NCBI GenBank assembly: GCA_965197805.1
Contig: OZ240229.1
Location: 2,309,039-2,373,038 of the forward strand
DNA from: Dehalococcoidia bacterium
GTDB lineage: Bacteria; Chloroflexota; Dehalococcoidia; Lucifugimonadales; JAAXIE01
DNA: 64,000 nucleotides
Reading direction: 5' to 3'
Below the pieces are notes generated by a model. The model did no database searches. It was not told where the DNA came from and worked only from the letters and a program-made list of their open reading frames with translations. The position numbers were made by a program, and so were the translations under genes. Below are positions 39,310 to 48,301 of this stretch, piece after piece. Within the stretch, counting starts at the first letter, position 1; every line of letters begins with the position of its first letter.

Positions 39310-40020
39310 TCATGCGGCGCTCTCGACCTCCGTATGACTGGTTTCGATGACGGATATGTGGTGCTCCATTGCTTGGCGCGCTCCCTCGCAATCATGGCTG
39401 CGCACCAACTCCAGCATCTCCTCGTGCGATGCCAAGGAGCGTTGCGCCCGGTCTGCAGTCTGCAACGATCGGTCCCTAGATTGGTGCAGCGTGTCCGCCA
39501 CGGCCATCACCACCTTGATGAGGGCTGCGTTGTAAGTAGCCTTGGCCAGTGCGAAGTGAAATGCAGTGTCGCCAGCGACGCCACTCTCCCCGCGCTCAAT
39601 CTGTTCCCGCTGCTCGTCCAGCGCCGCCTCCATGTGGCAGATGTCAGCTTCGTTGGCGCGCTCAGCAGCGAGCGCAGCTATGCCGGGTTCGAGGATACGG
39701 CGCATCTCGAACACGTCCTGCACCGTATGCTGGGAGTCCGACAGGCAGGCCGCGATGACCGCCGCCATGGCGTCGAATTGTCCAGTGTTTATGAATGTGC
39801 CCGCACCGGGGCGGCTGGCCACCATCCCCTGAAGTTCCAAAGCCCGCATGGCCTCGCGCAGTGAGCTGCGACTGACCTGCAACCGCTCCGCCATCTCCCG
39901 CTCAGGAGGCAGTCGGTCGCCATGCTTCAGGCTCCCATCACGCACGAGGTCGCGTATCTGCTCCACGATATCCTCATGGAGCCGTCGCCTCTTGATAACC
40001 TTCAGCTGCTCTTCCAGCAC
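39310..40020 (-). CDS. GntR/FadR-family transcriptional regulator
   Basis: 236 aa with the winged-HTH region LPPEREMAERLQVSRSSLREAMRALELQGMV and an all-helical FCD-like C-domain. Confidence 0.85.
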   Translation of the reverse strand: MLEEQLKVIKRRRLHEDIVEQIRDLVRDGSLKHGDRLPPEREMAERLQVSRSSLREAMRALELQGMVASRPGAGTFINTGQFDAMAAVIAACLSDSQHTVQDVFEMRRILEPGIAALAAERANEADICHMEAALDEQREQIERGESGVAGDTAFHFALAKATYNAALIKVVMAVADTLHQSRDRSLQTADRAQRSLASHEEMLELVRSHDCEGARQAMEHHISVIETSHTEVESAA

Positions 40021-40055
40021 CGCTCCCTCGCTTCCACAACAGGCCCAATGGCCTG

Positions 40056-40068
40056 TTGGTCAGACCAA
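40056..40068. promoter_or_regulatory. Candidate GntR operator palindrome
   Basis: TTGGTCAGACCAA is a perfect palindrome of the GntR-type (t)GT-N-AC(a) class, located 36 bp upstream of the gntR-like start. Confidence 0.45.
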
Positions 40069-40525
40069 TTTAGTCAACATCGGCTAGGTTGTCAAGAGTA
40101 AAACGGTAGTTGAGCTAAAGGCTGCATGGAATGATCGCCAAGACGTTGGACGACGCTCTCAAGCACAGACGTCGGAGCCTAATCCATTTCGACTGGTGGC
40201 CATGAGTCTCCCTAGCTCGGCACAAACCAGCACACGAGGAGGAAGGCTCGACCAACAGCACGACGGCGGTCACTCGGACTGCGATGACCACTTCTTTCGT
40301 CTACTTGTGCTCGACGACCTCATTCCGGTACGTCTTCTTAAGCTCGTCGAAGGACCGTCTACTGGCGGCTGCGGACTCCCTAGCAGGCTGCGGAAAAACT
40401 GTTCCTGACCTTCTTCAAGCTCTTTTCTGGTACGAGGAAAGAGGGAAGATTATATCTGAGGGGACACCCTCAGACTACCGACAAAGGGGCCCCGCCTCTC
40501 TGCCACCCCTTTCTTCAGCAGCCTG

Positions 40526-41179
40526 CTAGTGTGACAGACCGAGTTGTATGCCGACTTCTTGAGAATAGGACGGGTTGATATAGTCTCCAAAAACAATCAG
40601 TGACCAAGGGTCAAACTCTTTGCGCATACCGACCAGTTCATCTGCGGAGCAAGGTCTTCCATCGTACTTGGAACGCATCGAGAATTCCTCTGCGGCCCTC
40701 GCCTTGATTCTGCCCGCGACAGCTACTTCATAGACCAGTGCTACGTGGCGAGAGGACTCTACCGAAGAATGGTCAATAACTAGTCCGATAGGCTTGGCAT
40801 GAGGGGAGAGGTGTACGATACTCAACTCCTCATTGAGTTCTCTTACTAGAGTAGCTGTGGCCAATGAAGAAAAGTCACCCCTTCCAATGTCTTGATCTAT
40901 GTGCCCTCCTATAACGAGGCTTATTCGCCTACGCAAGTCTGTTCTACCTTCATTGATTCGACGAAAGGCATGATAAAGACGAGATTCGTTCACGACCAGT
41001 GCACAGGGAATTGGCTGTACTAGAACATTGGAAGCTTCGGCCTCGACTCGTGGAAGCCATATCATATGTTTCTCTGCTGCGTGAAGTATTTTCTGTACGA
41101 TTCCCCATCGAGTAAACCGTTTGCAATTTGCAATATACGACCGAGGGAAACAGAGGACTGATTGCCTATGAGTGCTCAT
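40526..41179 (-). CDS. Divergent Nudix-like protein
   Basis: 217 aa. GGHIDQDIGRGDFSSLATATLVRELNEELSI resembles a degenerate Nudix box (REUxEE retained). Low GC. It lies 9 nt downstream of the kinase-like gene. Confidence 0.5.
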   Translation of the reverse strand: MSTHRQSVLCFPRSYIANCKRFTRWGIVQKILHAAEKHMIWLPRVEAEASNVLVQPIPCALVVNESRLYHAFRRINEGRTDLRRRISLVIGGHIDQDIGRGDFSSLATATLVRELNEELSIVHLSPHAKPIGLVIDHSSVESSRHVALVYEVAVAGRIKARAAEEFSMRSKYDGRPCSADELVGMRKEFDPWSLIVFGDYINPSYSQEVGIQLGLSH

Positions 41180-41188
41180 CGTAGAGAC

Positions 41189-41896
41189 TCAGCGAGTTTT
41201 GGATTCAAGCAGGCCCAGAATTAGCGCAGCAGCTTCAGACGCTGTTGATCTGGGTGTCGTCCCTGCCGCTGCGCTGGTGTCTATGGGCCGGAATTCCGAG
41301 AATTCGGTGGAGTACTTTTTCTTGACGCTGTCATAGGCCGTATTCAGTTGTTGAAGGGTTTCCGGGTTCATAGCCCTTCCTTCTTCTGAGGTTAGCGTAT
41401 CCTGATTTTCGCGTTTCAAAGAGGTTTCAGGGTCTGTTGTAATGAGTAGTACCAAATCGATTAGATTGCGCCAGTCATCTATGCAGAGAAAAGCTTGCAC
41501 CTGGTCACGTTCCTTTACAGTTATATCACCTTTGAGTTGCAATAGTTCAAACCAAGCAAGTGCGTCAAACAATCCTCTGTCAAGAATAGCGAGGTCGTAG
41601 TTGTCAGGGCTGTGCAAGCCCTGCAAAACGTGCTGCAGTGCATATGACGCGGACCATGTGTTGAACGCTACCCAATCTCGCTTCAGGTAATATGGTGTTC
41701 GCTTCGACGCTCCTTCTGAAGGAGCATGTATTCTGAAACCAGCTCGCCTGAAGAAGTGGGTGACAATGTCGATGCAGTTGCTTTTACCGCTTTTGGGTGT
41801 ACCGGAGAACTCTACAAAGAGCGGTTTACGCTGACTACCTAGCCGAAATGCTTGCAACACGTCTCTTGCACGCTCCAATGATATGGAGTCAATCAT
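41189..41896 (-). CDS. P-loop NTPase, deoxynucleoside/nucleotide-kinase-like
   Basis: ORF 41189..42040; the likely start is MIDSISLE at 41896. It has Walker A GTPKSGKS, a dNK-like LAILDRGLFDALAW, and a lid-like TSLKRENQD. Low GC. Confidence 0.55.
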   Translation of the reverse strand: MIDSISLERARDVLQAFRLGSQRKPLFVEFSGTPKSGKSNCIDIVTHFFRRAGFRIHAPSEGASKRTPYYLKRDWVAFNTWSASYALQHVLQGLHSPDNYDLAILDRGLFDALAWFELLQLKGDITVKERDQVQAFLCIDDWRNLIDLVLLITTDPETSLKRENQDTLTSEEGRAMNPETLQQLNTAYDSVKKKYSTEFSEFRPIDTSAAAGTTPRSTASEAAALILGLLESKTR

Positions 41897-42211
41897 TAAA
41901 CAGTCCTCTCTATGTGGCCAGTCTTTAAGGGCTTGCGTGAAGGATACTCGTATTTGTACCATCCCATCGGTCGACTGGCAAGACAAAGCGGCTGTACCGA
42001 AGGGCAAGTGGAATACTCTGCGCACCGATGGGCACCGCATCTAGCAAGGTGACGAAAAGCGTCTGTCTTGTAGAGATGGGAGGGCGATGGGGGTAGGCTT
42101 GGCGCAGCACGAACAGGAGGCGGCTACGCAACAAATCCGGGGAAGGTTTGAGTAGGGGTGAAATCCCCCCTTGACAACCCACGCACACCCGTTCTACCAT
42201 AAGAACAGAGC

Positions 42212-42258
42212 GCGCAGGGGACCGACCCCTATAGGGGTACCCCTGCGCCTATTTTTTT
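42212..42258 (+). terminator. Strong intrinsic terminator-like hairpin with no upstream plus-strand gene
   Basis: GCGCAGGGG...(inner CCCCTATAGGGG)...CCCCTGCGC, followed by CTATTTTTTT (7 T). Confidence 0.5.
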
Positions 42259-42285
42259 GGCCAACATCATTCAGGAGGCAACACC

Positions 42286-42798
42286 GTGGAGACCCAGCTC
42301 GACCAGTCCCAAGCCCCCGATGCCACCCGGAATGCCCTTTCCACTCTACACTGTAGAGTGCCCTCCGTAGATACGGACTCAAAGCTGGACGAGCCCGTCT
42401 ACTCTACAAACTCTACACCTCCCAGCTACGAAAACGCTGATTCCAGCTACGCCCGGTGTAGAGTAAACCGTAAGGACAAGTTTCTCGCAGCCCAGCGCAT
42501 GGGCGCCTCCATCACCGACGCCGCCGGCATCGCTGGCATCCACCGCACTACCCCTTACTTCTGGCGCGACCACGACCCCGAATTCGCCCAAGCCTGGCGC
42601 GAGTCCCGCGACTCCCTCCTCGAAGACCTCGAAATGCAGGCCTTTCAACAAGCCATGCACGGTGACCGCACCCTTCTCATGTTCCTCCTCAAGTCCTACA
42701 AGCCCGCGACCTTCAACCAGCGTCCCCACTCTGGGAAAGAGCAACAGGAGGGCTTCTCCTTCGCCGACATTGCAGAGAGGCTGCGCGCATGTCCCTAG
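42286..42798 (+). CDS. Phage terminase small subunit-like / HTH protein (orphan)
   Basis: 170 aa with a GTG start. KFLAAQRMGASITDAAGIAGIHRTTPYFWRDHDPEFAQAWRESRDSLLEDLEMQA...TLLMFLLKSYKPATF matches the common phage TerS-like HTH pattern. No other phage genes lie nearby. Confidence 0.5.
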   Translation: METQLDQSQAPDATRNALSTLHCRVPSVDTDSKLDEPVYSTNSTPPSYENADSSYARCRVNRKDKFLAAQRMGASITDAAGIAGIHRTTPYFWRDHDPEFAQAWRESRDSLLEDLEMQAFQQAMHGDRTLLMFLLKSYKPATFNQRPHSGKEQQEGFSFADIAERLRACP

Positions 42799-43019
42799 GC
42801 CAGTGCCAAAAGCCGTTCTCGCACCCCCCTCGGTTGACGCCCAAAGGCCCGCAGCTTAGAATCGAATTACGGCAAGCTACGGGGAAGCATCCGCAAAGTC
42901 CCGCCAAGAGCTTCAAAGGTAAGCGCAACTTCCCGCCTGGTGGTCGTAGCTGGGCCGTCCCTGTAGCCCCCCGCCCTAACCCCCCCGGTCGCCGGGGAGC
43001 TTCATGCTAGGAGGCCGTT

Positions 43020-43322
43020 ATGCACCTGAGAGTTGTATGGGGAAAGATTCGCCGAGGTCGCTGGGACGAGTACAAGCAGTGGTACATGGACAACGTGATC
43101 CCCGCCACCGAGAATGCCCCCGGCTTGCGGGGCCGCCGCCTCTCCCGCAGCGTCGATGACCCCGACGAGGGCATTTCCGTCACGTTCTGGAACACCGAGG
43201 CCGACATGCAGGCCTACGAGCACAGCGAGAAGCGCCAAGAAATCTCCCGCTCCGCTGAGCACCTCTACGCTGGCGAGTACTGGATTCGCCACTTCGAAGT
43301 CGAGTATTCCGACGACAAGTAG
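43020..43322 (+). CDS. ABM/Dabb-fold (antibiotic biosynthesis monooxygenase-like) small protein
   Basis: 100 aa. ISVTFWNTEADMQAYEHS is typical of the ABM fold. A GGAGG RBS is present. Confidence 0.6.
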   Translation: MHLRVVWGKIRRGRWDEYKQWYMDNVIPATENAPGLRGRRLSRSVDDPDEGISVTFWNTEADMQAYEHSEKRQEISRSAEHLYAGEYWIRHFEVEYSDDK

Positions 43323-43358
43323 CCTGCTCCCCAAGCAGGCTGCCATAGGGAGGGCCAG

Positions 43359-43682
43359 TTGCCCGATTCCGTAGCACCCATAAATGTCGAGTTGGCGGAG
43401 AAATCAGTCCGCATCGAGTGGGACGACGGTCACCAGAGCGTTTATCCCCACCGGTTTCTCCGCCTAGCCTGCCCCTGCGCCAGTTGCCTCGACGAGATGA
43501 CTCGCGAGGCACGACTGGATCCGGCCACGGTGTCGGAAGAGGTGCGGGCCGACGATTACATGCCTGTGGGCAGCTACGCCCTCCAGTTTCTCTTCACCGA
43601 CGCCCACTACACGGGCATCTACACCTTCGAGCTTCTACGAGAACTCTGCACCTGCCGCGAGTGCTGGGAGAGCCGTGCCTAG
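43359..43682 (+). CDS. DUF971 domain protein
   Basis: 107 aa with a TTG start. VRIEWDDGHQSVYPHRFLRLACPCASC...YALQFLFTDAHYTGIYTFELLRELC is the DUF971 pattern. Confidence 0.65.
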   Translation: MPDSVAPINVELAEKSVRIEWDDGHQSVYPHRFLRLACPCASCLDEMTREARLDPATVSEEVRADDYMPVGSYALQFLFTDAHYTGIYTFELLRELCTCRECWESRA

Positions 43683-43695
43683 GCCTCACGACCCC

Positions 43696-43723
43696 GTCAT
43701 TCCCGCGCAGGCGGGAATCCACG
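43696..43723. repeat. REP-like hairpin, type C
   Basis: GTCATTCCCGCGCAGGCGGGAATCCAC. Related copies occur at about 49296-49320 and 52255-52400. Confidence 0.65.
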
Positions 43724-43867
43724 GTCCGGACTATCGACCAAGTTAGCTCCCCAGAAGTCGTCCAATTGTCGATCTCGGCCGCCTCACGCATTTATGGACA
43801 ATGCATGTGGTCGGGAGCAAAGACGTTTACGGGATTGAAAGACATTGGACTGATTTTAGGTCTCCCT

Positions 43868-45097
43868 TCAGATAATCCCGTCCCGCTCCAAGGACGAGAT
43901 TTCCGCGTCGGAGCACCCCAGCAGTTCCGATAATACCCGGTGAGTGTGCTGCCCCAAGGTCGGAGCTGGCTCGAACGTCTCCTCTTGTCCCAGCTTTATC
44001 GGATTCCCCGGCATCCTGTGATGCCCTGCCTTGGGGTGCTCTGCTTCCACCACCATGTTGCGATGCAGCACCTGCGGGTCGCGCAAGGCTTGCCCAACGT
44101 CGTTGATGGGCGCGATAGGCAGTATTTCACCCATCAGCTCCATCCACTCGTCGGCGGTCTTGGTGGAGAACCCTTGCTGAAGCACCTCCCGCAACTCGGG
44201 CCAATGTCGGCGCCGGGCATCCATGGTGATAAATCGCTCGTCCTGCGGTAGCCCTTGCAGACCGGGCACGTTGGCGGCCAGACTCTCCGCCAACACCTCA
44301 TAGAATTTCTGAGTGGCGCAATGCACCTGCAGGTAGCGTCCGTCCTTGCTCAGAAACGCTCCGTTCGGCAGGTTGGCTGATTGAGTCGATCCGCCGCGCT
44401 GAGGGATGTTCCCTGCGCCCAAGTACACCTCCGAGAGATGCCCTTGGAAGCTGACATTCACATCCAGCAGGCTCAGGTCCAGATACAAACCCCGCCCAGT
44501 GCGTTCCCGCGCCCAAAGGGCCGAGAGCAGCCCTACGGCGGCCCCATAACCCCCTCCGATATCCACCACGGCGAAACCCATCACCGAAGGAGGACGGTCG
44601 GGTTCGCCGGTCACGCTCATGCCACCGCTCAGAGCTTGCGCCACCGAATCGAAAGCTGGTCGCTGGTGATACGGGCCATCCTGCCCGTAGCCGGATATGG
44701 AGCCGCAGATGATTGACGGGTTGATTTGCAGCAGGGTCTCATGGTCGACACCGAGTCGTTTGGTCACGCCAGGACGAAAGTTGTCCATCACCACATCAGA
44801 CACCGCCGCAAGCTGATAGAAGAGTTCGCGTCCTTGGGGGTTGCGCAGGTCTAGGGTCATGCTCTTCTTGTTGCGGTTGAAGGTCATGAAGTAGAGGCTT
44901 TCGCCCGCCGGGTGGTTGGTGCCCATGCGACGGGCTGCATCGCCTATTCCGGGGATCTCTATCTTGATGACCTCGGCCCCAAGGTCGGCCAGCAGCCTCG
45001 TGCCCATCGGCCCGGAGAGGGCCTGTGTTAGGTCGAGGACCCGTATGCCCGCCAAAGGGGCCAAAGGAGGTAGCGGCGGCGACGGTAGGCCATCCAT
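43868..45097 (-). CDS. CaiB/BaiF family III CoA-transferase
   Basis: ORF 43868..45331; the likely start is MDGLPSPP at 45097, sharing TGATG with the PrpD-like stop. GIRVLDLTQALSGPMG is present. Confidence 0.85.
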   Translation of the reverse strand: MDGLPSPPLPPLAPLAGIRVLDLTQALSGPMGTRLLADLGAEVIKIEIPGIGDAARRMGTNHPAGESLYFMTFNRNKKSMTLDLRNPQGRELFYQLAAVSDVVMDNFRPGVTKRLGVDHETLLQINPSIICGSISGYGQDGPYHQRPAFDSVAQALSGGMSVTGEPDRPPSVMGFAVVDIGGGYGAAVGLLSALWARERTGRGLYLDLSLLDVNVSFQGHLSEVYLGAGNIPQRGGSTQSANLPNGAFLSKDGRYLQVHCATQKFYEVLAESLAANVPGLQGLPQDERFITMDARRRHWPELREVLQQGFSTKTADEWMELMGEILPIAPINDVGQALRDPQVLHRNMVVEAEHPKAGHHRMPGNPIKLGQEETFEPAPTLGQHTHRVLSELLGCSDAEISSLERDGII

Positions 45098-46521
45098 CAG
45101 CCGCCCGTCAGCCAAGCCAAGTCTCGTACGTCGTCCATAGTCTCCAGCGCGTGGACGGCGGCGATGATTTCGTCTTGCCGAGAGGACGAAATCACAGGGC
45201 TCGTAATCGAGCGGAACTTGTCCTCCAACTGCTCCCATGAGAGGGGGTTCTCCGGCTCGCCCAAGGGATACTGTACCTCGGAGCGCATGCTGCGCCCGTC
45301 TGTCGTATCCACCTCCACCCAAGCAGGCCACTGCCGGGGATAGACGGCGTCCAAGGCAGCGTCGCGCACCGATTCGACACGCGCCATCACCCCGCGCACA
45401 TCGTCGCGGGCAATCACATCGTCGGTGTACTCCTCCAACGAAGCCCGACCACAGACGGCCGCCACTGCTATGGCAAAGGGCACGCTGAACTGCGCGTCCA
45501 CTATGCTACGGGCATTGCGTTTGTATTCATCCGGCTCTGAGACTATGGGAAAGCCCGCCGAAAGCATCCCCACTCTCACTCCTTCGATCTCCTCCGGCAG
45601 CACGTTATGTTCCCTGCGAATTGCTAGCATGCAGTCGATGGGTCCTTGATTGTAGCGACAGCAGGCATGGGGCTTGATGGCCACCCGGGTGATGTAGAAC
45701 CTCTCGCCTAGGGATTCAGTCAAGCGCGACGGCTCGGCGTTGTCAGAGTAGCCCGAAAGGGTGCCGTGCTTACCTTCGAGGATCGTGTCAGGGCCCATGA
45801 ACCCCTGCTGCGCCAGCATGGCCGCAATGATGCCACTGTGGGCCGCCCAACCGGGGTGCATCCGCTTGGTCCAAGCGCCGCCTGCTAGGAACTCCAGCGA
45901 CCCCGCGGCTTGGCTGCCGGCAATGCCGATGGCGGACGCAGTGTCGGCAGCATCGAGGCCCAACAGGCGGGAGGCCACTAGAGCGGCGCCAAAAGTGCCA
46001 CAGGTGCCAGTGGGATGGAATCCACGTGCATAGTGAGACTGCGGGTCGAGGGCATATCCCAGCCGTATTGTGAAGTCGTAGCCTGCAACCATGGCCGCCA
46101 AGAAGGACCGGCCGCTAACAGGAGTCATGTGGGCACAGGCGAATGCTGCGGGAAAGGTCGGCACGCCGGGGTGTATCGACGCTTCATTATTCACGTCGTC
46201 CATCTCCAAGCTGTGGGCCGCGGTGCCGTTGGCCAAGGCGGCATACTCCGGCGATAGGCGCTGCGTTGTGCCCGCGACGGGGGATACAGATGCGCTCCCC
46301 AAGCGCCCCAGCGCCTGCACCATCGTGGTGGCCGAGGGCGTGATCGAACCTCTAATCGCCACGGCTAGGTAGTCGAGGCAGAAGTACTTGGCTAGGTCCA
46401 CCACCTCCGGCGAAAGCTGTTCGTAGTCCAGCTCCGAATAGAAGCGGGCCAAGCTGCGGGTAAGTCCATCTTGAGAGGCCACTATCTCCTCCTGACGACT
46501 AGGTGGACGCCACGGCGCCAC
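45097..46521 (-). CDS. MmgE/PrpD family protein (2-methylcitrate dehydratase-like)
   Basis: 474 aa with typical PrpD N- and C-domain length. AHSLEMDD and GFHPTGTCGTFGAA motifs are present. Confidence 0.85.
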   Translation of the reverse strand: MAPWRPPSRQEEIVASQDGLTRSLARFYSELDYEQLSPEVVDLAKYFCLDYLAVAIRGSITPSATTMVQALGRLGSASVSPVAGTTQRLSPEYAALANGTAAHSLEMDDVNNEASIHPGVPTFPAAFACAHMTPVSGRSFLAAMVAGYDFTIRLGYALDPQSHYARGFHPTGTCGTFGAALVASRLLGLDAADTASAIGIAGSQAAGSLEFLAGGAWTKRMHPGWAAHSGIIAAMLAQQGFMGPDTILEGKHGTLSGYSDNAEPSRLTESLGERFYITRVAIKPHACCRYNQGPIDCMLAIRREHNVLPEEIEGVRVGMLSAGFPIVSEPDEYKRNARSIVDAQFSVPFAIAVAAVCGRASLEEYTDDVIARDDVRGVMARVESVRDAALDAVYPRQWPAWVEVDTTDGRSMRSEVQYPLGEPENPLSWEQLEDKFRSITSPVISSSRQDEIIAAVHALETMDDVRDLAWLTGG

Positions 46522-46675
46522 ACCTGGGCCAATTCACACGGGGACAATTCAATCGGGCCATTCCCGCCCATTCTATGCAGACGGTCTATCCGGGGCAAGG
46601 TTGCCCAGCGGCAACGCGCCCGCTAAACTGTTCAGGTCTAGATACAAACAACCTCACCATAGTCAGGGGGCGCTC

Positions 46676-47719
46676 TTGAAGTTCGGGACCTTTCTGCTGC
46701 TGCAATCCCCGGAGATGCTAACGTCCAAGGAGGTGTACGCCCGGGCGGTGGAGCAGGCCGAGGCGGCGGAAGACTTGGGCTTCGAATCCGTATGGCTGGC
46801 CGAGCACCACTTCTCCTCCTATGGCTACTGCCCCTTCCCCCTGCTGCTGGCAGTGAAAATCGGCGAGCGCACCCAGCGCGTTCGCATCGGCACCGCCGTC
46901 GTTGTGCTGCCCCTGCACCACCCACTGCAACTTGCGGAAGAGATCGCCATGGCCGACGTGCTCACCGACGGGCGCATGGACATTGGCATCGGGCGCGGCT
47001 ACCAGCCCTACGAATTCGAGCGGGTAGGCTTGGACATCTCCAACAACACCGGCATGTACGACGAGTCCGTTGATGTCATCGAGAAAGCCCTGCGCGGCGA
47101 GTCCTTCACCTACGAGGGCCAGTTCTACAACTTCCCCGAGACCACCATCTTCCCCATACCGCTGCAGCAGCCACGCCCTCCCTTCTGGGTGGCCAGCCAG
47201 CAGCTCTCCAGCGTGGAGGACTCAGTGCGTCGTGGCTTCAACGTAATTACCGGAGGCTCAGGCACATCGGCAGCGATGGTCGCCGAGTTCCGCGCCCATT
47301 TCGACCAAGCCGTGCAGAAATACGAGATGTCTCACCCGCCGATCTTCGGCGTGCAGCGTCAGGTCTACGTCACCGAGACCGACGAAGAGGCTTCGAAAGA
47401 AGCGCGCCAGAGTCTTTGGCATACCAGAGTGGCCCGCCACCTGCGCGCGGGCACAGGTCGCGTGGAGCAGGGCCGGGCCATCGCCGAGCCCCTCGCGGGA
47501 GAACCCAGCGAGCAGGAGATACTGGACACCGGAGTCATCTTCGGCTCCCCCGAGACATGCCTGCGTAAGCTAAGAGAGTACCGCGACATCGCTGGCGTGG
47601 AGCACTTCAACTGTAGCTTCTGGGTGGGCAGCCTGTCCCAAGAGCAGGTTCTCTCCTCCATGGAACTTTTCTCCAAGCACGTCATGCCCCATCTCAACGA
47701 CGTCACCAACGGTCACTAG
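46676..47719 (+). CDS. LLM-class (luciferase-like) flavin/F420-dependent oxidoreductase
   Basis: ORF 46601..47719. TTG at 46676 gives LKFGTFLLLQSP, the canonical LLM N-terminus. FESVWLAEHHF is present. Confidence 0.8.
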   Translation: MKFGTFLLLQSPEMLTSKEVYARAVEQAEAAEDLGFESVWLAEHHFSSYGYCPFPLLLAVKIGERTQRVRIGTAVVVLPLHHPLQLAEEIAMADVLTDGRMDIGIGRGYQPYEFERVGLDISNNTGMYDESVDVIEKALRGESFTYEGQFYNFPETTIFPIPLQQPRPPFWVASQQLSSVEDSVRRGFNVITGGSGTSAAMVAEFRAHFDQAVQKYEMSHPPIFGVQRQVYVTETDEEASKEARQSLWHTRVARHLRAGTGRVEQGRAIAEPLAGEPSEQEILDTGVIFGSPETCLRKLREYRDIAGVEHFNCSFWVGSLSQEQVLSSMELFSKHVMPHLNDVTNGH

Positions 47720-47734
47720 GCCGCCTCAACAACA

Positions 47735-48283
47735 ATGCAGGAGGGGGACATGCTGCCTGGCGTGCTGGACCGCGACAGCATTTCCGAGTTGCTGAGAGGT
47801 TCGCCTCCACTGGTGGAAGGCTACTCGCGCTTGTCGCAGCAACTCCAACCCCACGGCTTTGACCTCACGTTGAAGACGGTATCCATCTACTCCACGCCCG
47901 GTTACCTTGGACGTTTGCAGCACCAGCGGGTGGTCTCCAGCCTTAAGGAAATGAGTGGAGACGAAGATGGGATACTCCACCTTGTGCCCGGTCCGTATCT
48001 GGTCACGTTCAACGAGGTGGTAAACCTGCCCAACCACATCATGGCATTGGGGCTGCCCCGCTCGACCCTGCTACGGTCTGGCGTCGCGGTGCATACCGCG
48101 GTATGGGACGCTGGGTACAGTGGTCGCTCTGAAGCCATGCTGGCTGTGTATAACCCCCAGGGGTTCCGGTTGGAACTGGGGGCGCGCATCGTCCAGCTCG
48201 TATTCCTGCCACTCAATCGCCCGGTGACTGAGGGCTACCAAGGAGCGTATCAAGGCGAGAATCTGAACAAACCTGCGGAATGA
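47735..48283 (+). CDS. dCTP deaminase/dUTPase-superfamily protein (archaeal-type Dut-like)
   Basis: 182 aa. PRSTLLRSGVAVHTAVWDAGYSGRSEAMLAVYN...ARIVQLVF matches the beta-barrel dUTPase-fold pattern. Confidence 0.7.
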   Translation: MQEGDMLPGVLDRDSISELLRGSPPLVEGYSRLSQQLQPHGFDLTLKTVSIYSTPGYLGRLQHQRVVSSLKEMSGDEDGILHLVPGPYLVTFNEVVNLPNHIMALGLPRSTLLRSGVAVHTAVWDAGYSGRSEAMLAVYNPQGFRLELGARIVQLVFLPLNRPVTEGYQGAYQGENLNKPAE

Positions 48284-48301
48284 CGGGTCAAGGAGTAGAC
48301 C

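Noticed and set aside
42286-42798. The TerS-like gene could be evidence for an intact prophage.
   Set aside because: No large terminase, portal, capsid, integrase or lysis genes lie nearby, and the flanks are metabolic genes. It is best treated as an orphan remnant that merely marks the 40-43 kb segment as formerly mobile DNA.
47735-48283. The dCTP deaminase/dUTPase-fold gene could be an anti-phage nucleotide-depletion enzyme.
   Set aside because: It is a short single-domain protein (182 aa) with native GC, without the N-terminal kinase-like domain of the defensive dCTP deaminases. It sits between metabolic genes, so it is most simply a housekeeping Dut/Dcd-type enzyme.
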